Source: Candidatus Poribacteria bacterium (GTDB taxonomy: Bacteria > Poribacteria > WGA-4E > UBA9662). Taken from it: 64,000 nucleotides of DNA. The first letter of the stretch is position 1, and each line of letters starts with the position of its first letter. The notes beneath the pieces are model-generated. The model did no database searches and had not been told where the DNA came from. It saw only the letters and a list, made by a program, of their open reading frames with translations. Position numbers and translations under genes: made by a program. The stretch spans positions 1 through 64,000 of the forward strand of contig JAYZAL010000104.1 of NCBI GenBank assembly GCA_036339735.1, in the 5' to 3' direction. Of this stretch, positions 62,001 to 64,000 are shown piece by piece.

Positions 62001-62600
62001 TTAAATGTTTGGGTCCTGTACGCGGTAGAATTTGCTTTGAATAAACTCTACTACAACTGGTGGGACCATTTCAATCAACCGTTTTTTATCAATTCTAGGA
62101 TTAGACATTAACGCAACTTCCATAGCCAGTGTGGAACTGATATGTGTATGTGCCAAGTCAGACATCATGAATAGAGTGTCTACTTCGGGAGCAATCTGCC
62201 GGTTCATACGTGCCATCTGAAATTCTCGCTCGAAATCTGAAAACTCTCGCAAGCCACGAATGATCGTTTGGGCTCCACAATTAATTGCGTATTGAGCGGT
62301 GAGTCCCTCATAAGGCGCAATGGAAACAATTGGGTAAGGTTGAATCACGGATTTAAGCATCTCGACTCGTTCTTCTAAGCTAAATCGAGCCTCTTTACCC
62401 GGATTAATGCCTATAGCTACAATCAACTGGTCGAACAAACTTAAACTACAAGCTCGATCTATCAAGTCTATATGACCATTAGTAATTGGGTCAAAACTAC
62501 CCGGGAAAACGGCAATTTTCGGTAATTCATGTAGTAACGGATCTTTGAACAAGTGGTGTACCTTTTCTGAACTAGTTCTGGTAAAACTAGTAGATGCCAT
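62001..62600 (-). CDS. coaD: Pantetheine-phosphate adenylyltransferase (start uncertain)
   Basis: PGSFDPITNGH, IRGLR..SDFERE, ISST. Confidence 0.95.
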   Translation of the reverse strand: MASTSFTRTSSEKVHHLFKDPLLHELPKIAVFPGSFDPITNGHIDLIDRACSLSLFDQLIVAIGINPGKEARFSLEERVEMLKSVIQPYPIVSIAPYEGLTAQYAINCGAQTIIRGLREFSDFEREFQMARMNRQIAPEVDTLFMMSDLAHTHISSTLAMEVALMSNPRIDKKRLIEMVPPVVVEFIQSKFYRVQDPNI

Positions 62601-62671
62601 GAAATTAGATCCTAGCACATCTATCAAGTTTTAGGAAAGTTATTATACTCTCAAGAAGCAATGGGGAAAAA

Positions 62672-63889
62672 ATGGCGAAAATAAAATCTATTGATTGTAT
62701 TCGGACAAGACGAAGCGGCATGTGGACTATTGTCAAGGTTTTAACAGATCAACCAGGATTATATGGTATAGGATCAGCCAGCGATGTCAACCATCCAGAA
62801 ACTGTTATTCAAGCGGTTGAAACTATTAAACCAACGATAATCGGGCGAACCGTTGATCAAATTGAGGATATTTGGCAGTGCGTGCATACCAGTGGTTATT
62901 GGCGTAACGGCTCAATCCTGAATACAGCCTTAGGTGGTATTGACGTAGCTTTATGGGATATTAAGGGAAAAGTCGCAGGCTTGCCACTCTACCAACTACT
63001 AGGTGGAAAATGCCGTTCCGCAGTTCCTTGTTACGGGCACGCAGGTGGCTCAGAGTTGCCAGAACTGGAAGACGAGATTCGACGGTTTATGGAAGAAGGC
63101 TATCAGGTCATTAGGTGTCAGTTGGGCGGATATGGTGGAGGTGGTTTTTCGCCAGCAGATCAGTCTCCTCAACCTGAACCTCCTTGGTCTGTCGGACGAA
63201 ATGTATTCGATGATGAAGCCTATTTGGAAAAAATCCCCCAAATGTTTGATTATCTGCGTCAGAAATTAGGATTTGGCGTCAAATTGACACATGATGTCCA
63301 TGAGCATTTACGACCACAAAGTGCAGTCCAATTATCGAAACTACTAGAGCCGTATAGGCTTTTTTTTCTAGAAGATGTTCTACCACCTGAGCATATCCAA
63401 TGGTTTCGCTTGATTCGAGACCAATGCACAACGCCGCAAGCTATGGGTGAGTTATTTACAAACCCCCATGAATGGATGCCATTAGTAACTGAGCGCCTGA
63501 TTGATTTTGTTCGAGTTCGCATTTCAAAAGGTGCAGGTATCACCCAGTGTCGAAAAATTGCTGTGTTGTGTGAATGGTTCGGTGTACAAACAGCTTGGCA
63601 AGAAGGCGGTGACAATGATCCTGTTAATCAGATGGCGGCTTGTCATCTGGATTTATCCAGTCCAAGTTTTGGTATTCAAGAAGAAAATCATTTTAGCTCA
63701 GAGGAACTCGCAGCCTTCCCTGGTCATGGAACTATTAAGAATGGGTATCTATATGCTAATGATAAACCTGGTCTTGGTATCGACATTGATGAAGACCAAG
63801 CCAAATCTTTACTAGATCCAGACGAATCTAATCGCCACCGATATTTCATACCAGATCGGCGACCTGATGGTACTGCTGTTCGACCATAG
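62672..63889 (+). CDS. Enolase-superfamily acid-sugar dehydratase, RspA/ManD-like
   Basis: YWRNG, D.ALWDIKGK, HDVHE, FFLED, GEL, PGLG. Confidence 0.88.
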   Translation: MAKIKSIDCIRTRRSGMWTIVKVLTDQPGLYGIGSASDVNHPETVIQAVETIKPTIIGRTVDQIEDIWQCVHTSGYWRNGSILNTALGGIDVALWDIKGKVAGLPLYQLLGGKCRSAVPCYGHAGGSELPELEDEIRRFMEEGYQVIRCQLGGYGGGGFSPADQSPQPEPPWSVGRNVFDDEAYLEKIPQMFDYLRQKLGFGVKLTHDVHEHLRPQSAVQLSKLLEPYRLFFLEDVLPPEHIQWFRLIRDQCTTPQAMGELFTNPHEWMPLVTERLIDFVRVRISKGAGITQCRKIAVLCEWFGVQTAWQEGGDNDPVNQMAACHLDLSSPSFGIQEENHFSSEELAAFPGHGTIKNGYLYANDKPGLGIDIDEDQAKSLLDPDESNRHRYFIPDRRPDGTAVRP

Positions 63890-64000
63890 AAAGAATTCCA
63901 CATAGAAAAAAGCACTTAAAAATATCACCTAAGAACGTAAATAATATGATGCAACCACGCCAAAATAGGCCGCGTATTGAAAAAATCGCTAATGGTATAG

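Noticed and set aside
62511-62530. Possible frameshifted coaD start (out-of-frame ATG giving MNYRK-IAVF with one extra A)
   Set aside because: The frame is open to ATG 62600, which has an AGGA RBS, while the alternative ATG has none. An N-terminal extension is the simpler reading.

Overview
Bacterial chromosomal window of roughly 40% GC (estimated by eye) with no tRNA, rRNA, CRISPR array, transposase or prophage gene that I can recognise. The core is a minus-strand str-S10-spc-alpha ribosomal cluster (rpsL to rplQ, 30 genes, 23680-41096) that lacks rpmD, adk, map, infA and rpsD at their usual positions. It is flanked by housekeeping genes (folD, moeA, der, mnmA, gatB, bioF, era, coaD), catabolic genes (two sulfatases, SIS isomerase, PhyH dioxygenase, RspA/ManD-like enolase, Ldh_2 oxidoreductase), an Fe3+ ABC transporter with a Fur-like operator, katG and several uncharacterised proteins. 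The gene mix suggests a marine heterotroph such as Ca. Poribacteria, but this is inference only. The most unusual signal is that each long ORF-poor spacer (about 21.7-22.6, 46.6-47.3, 53.2-53.7, 54.8-55.5, 57.7-58.1 and 58.9-59.7 kb) folds by eye into nested long-range stems. The two spacers flanking the vWA gene also share collinear sequence blocks, which suggests a dispersed family of large structured RNAs or elements that I cannot assign to a known class. Other points of interest are a four-repeat ERHMH protein behind a consensus promoter, a Gly92Asn change in S12, a TsdA-like diheme cytochrome, a larE-like/mnmA overlap and a probable ATC start codon. All folding and alignment was manual and needs computational confirmation.
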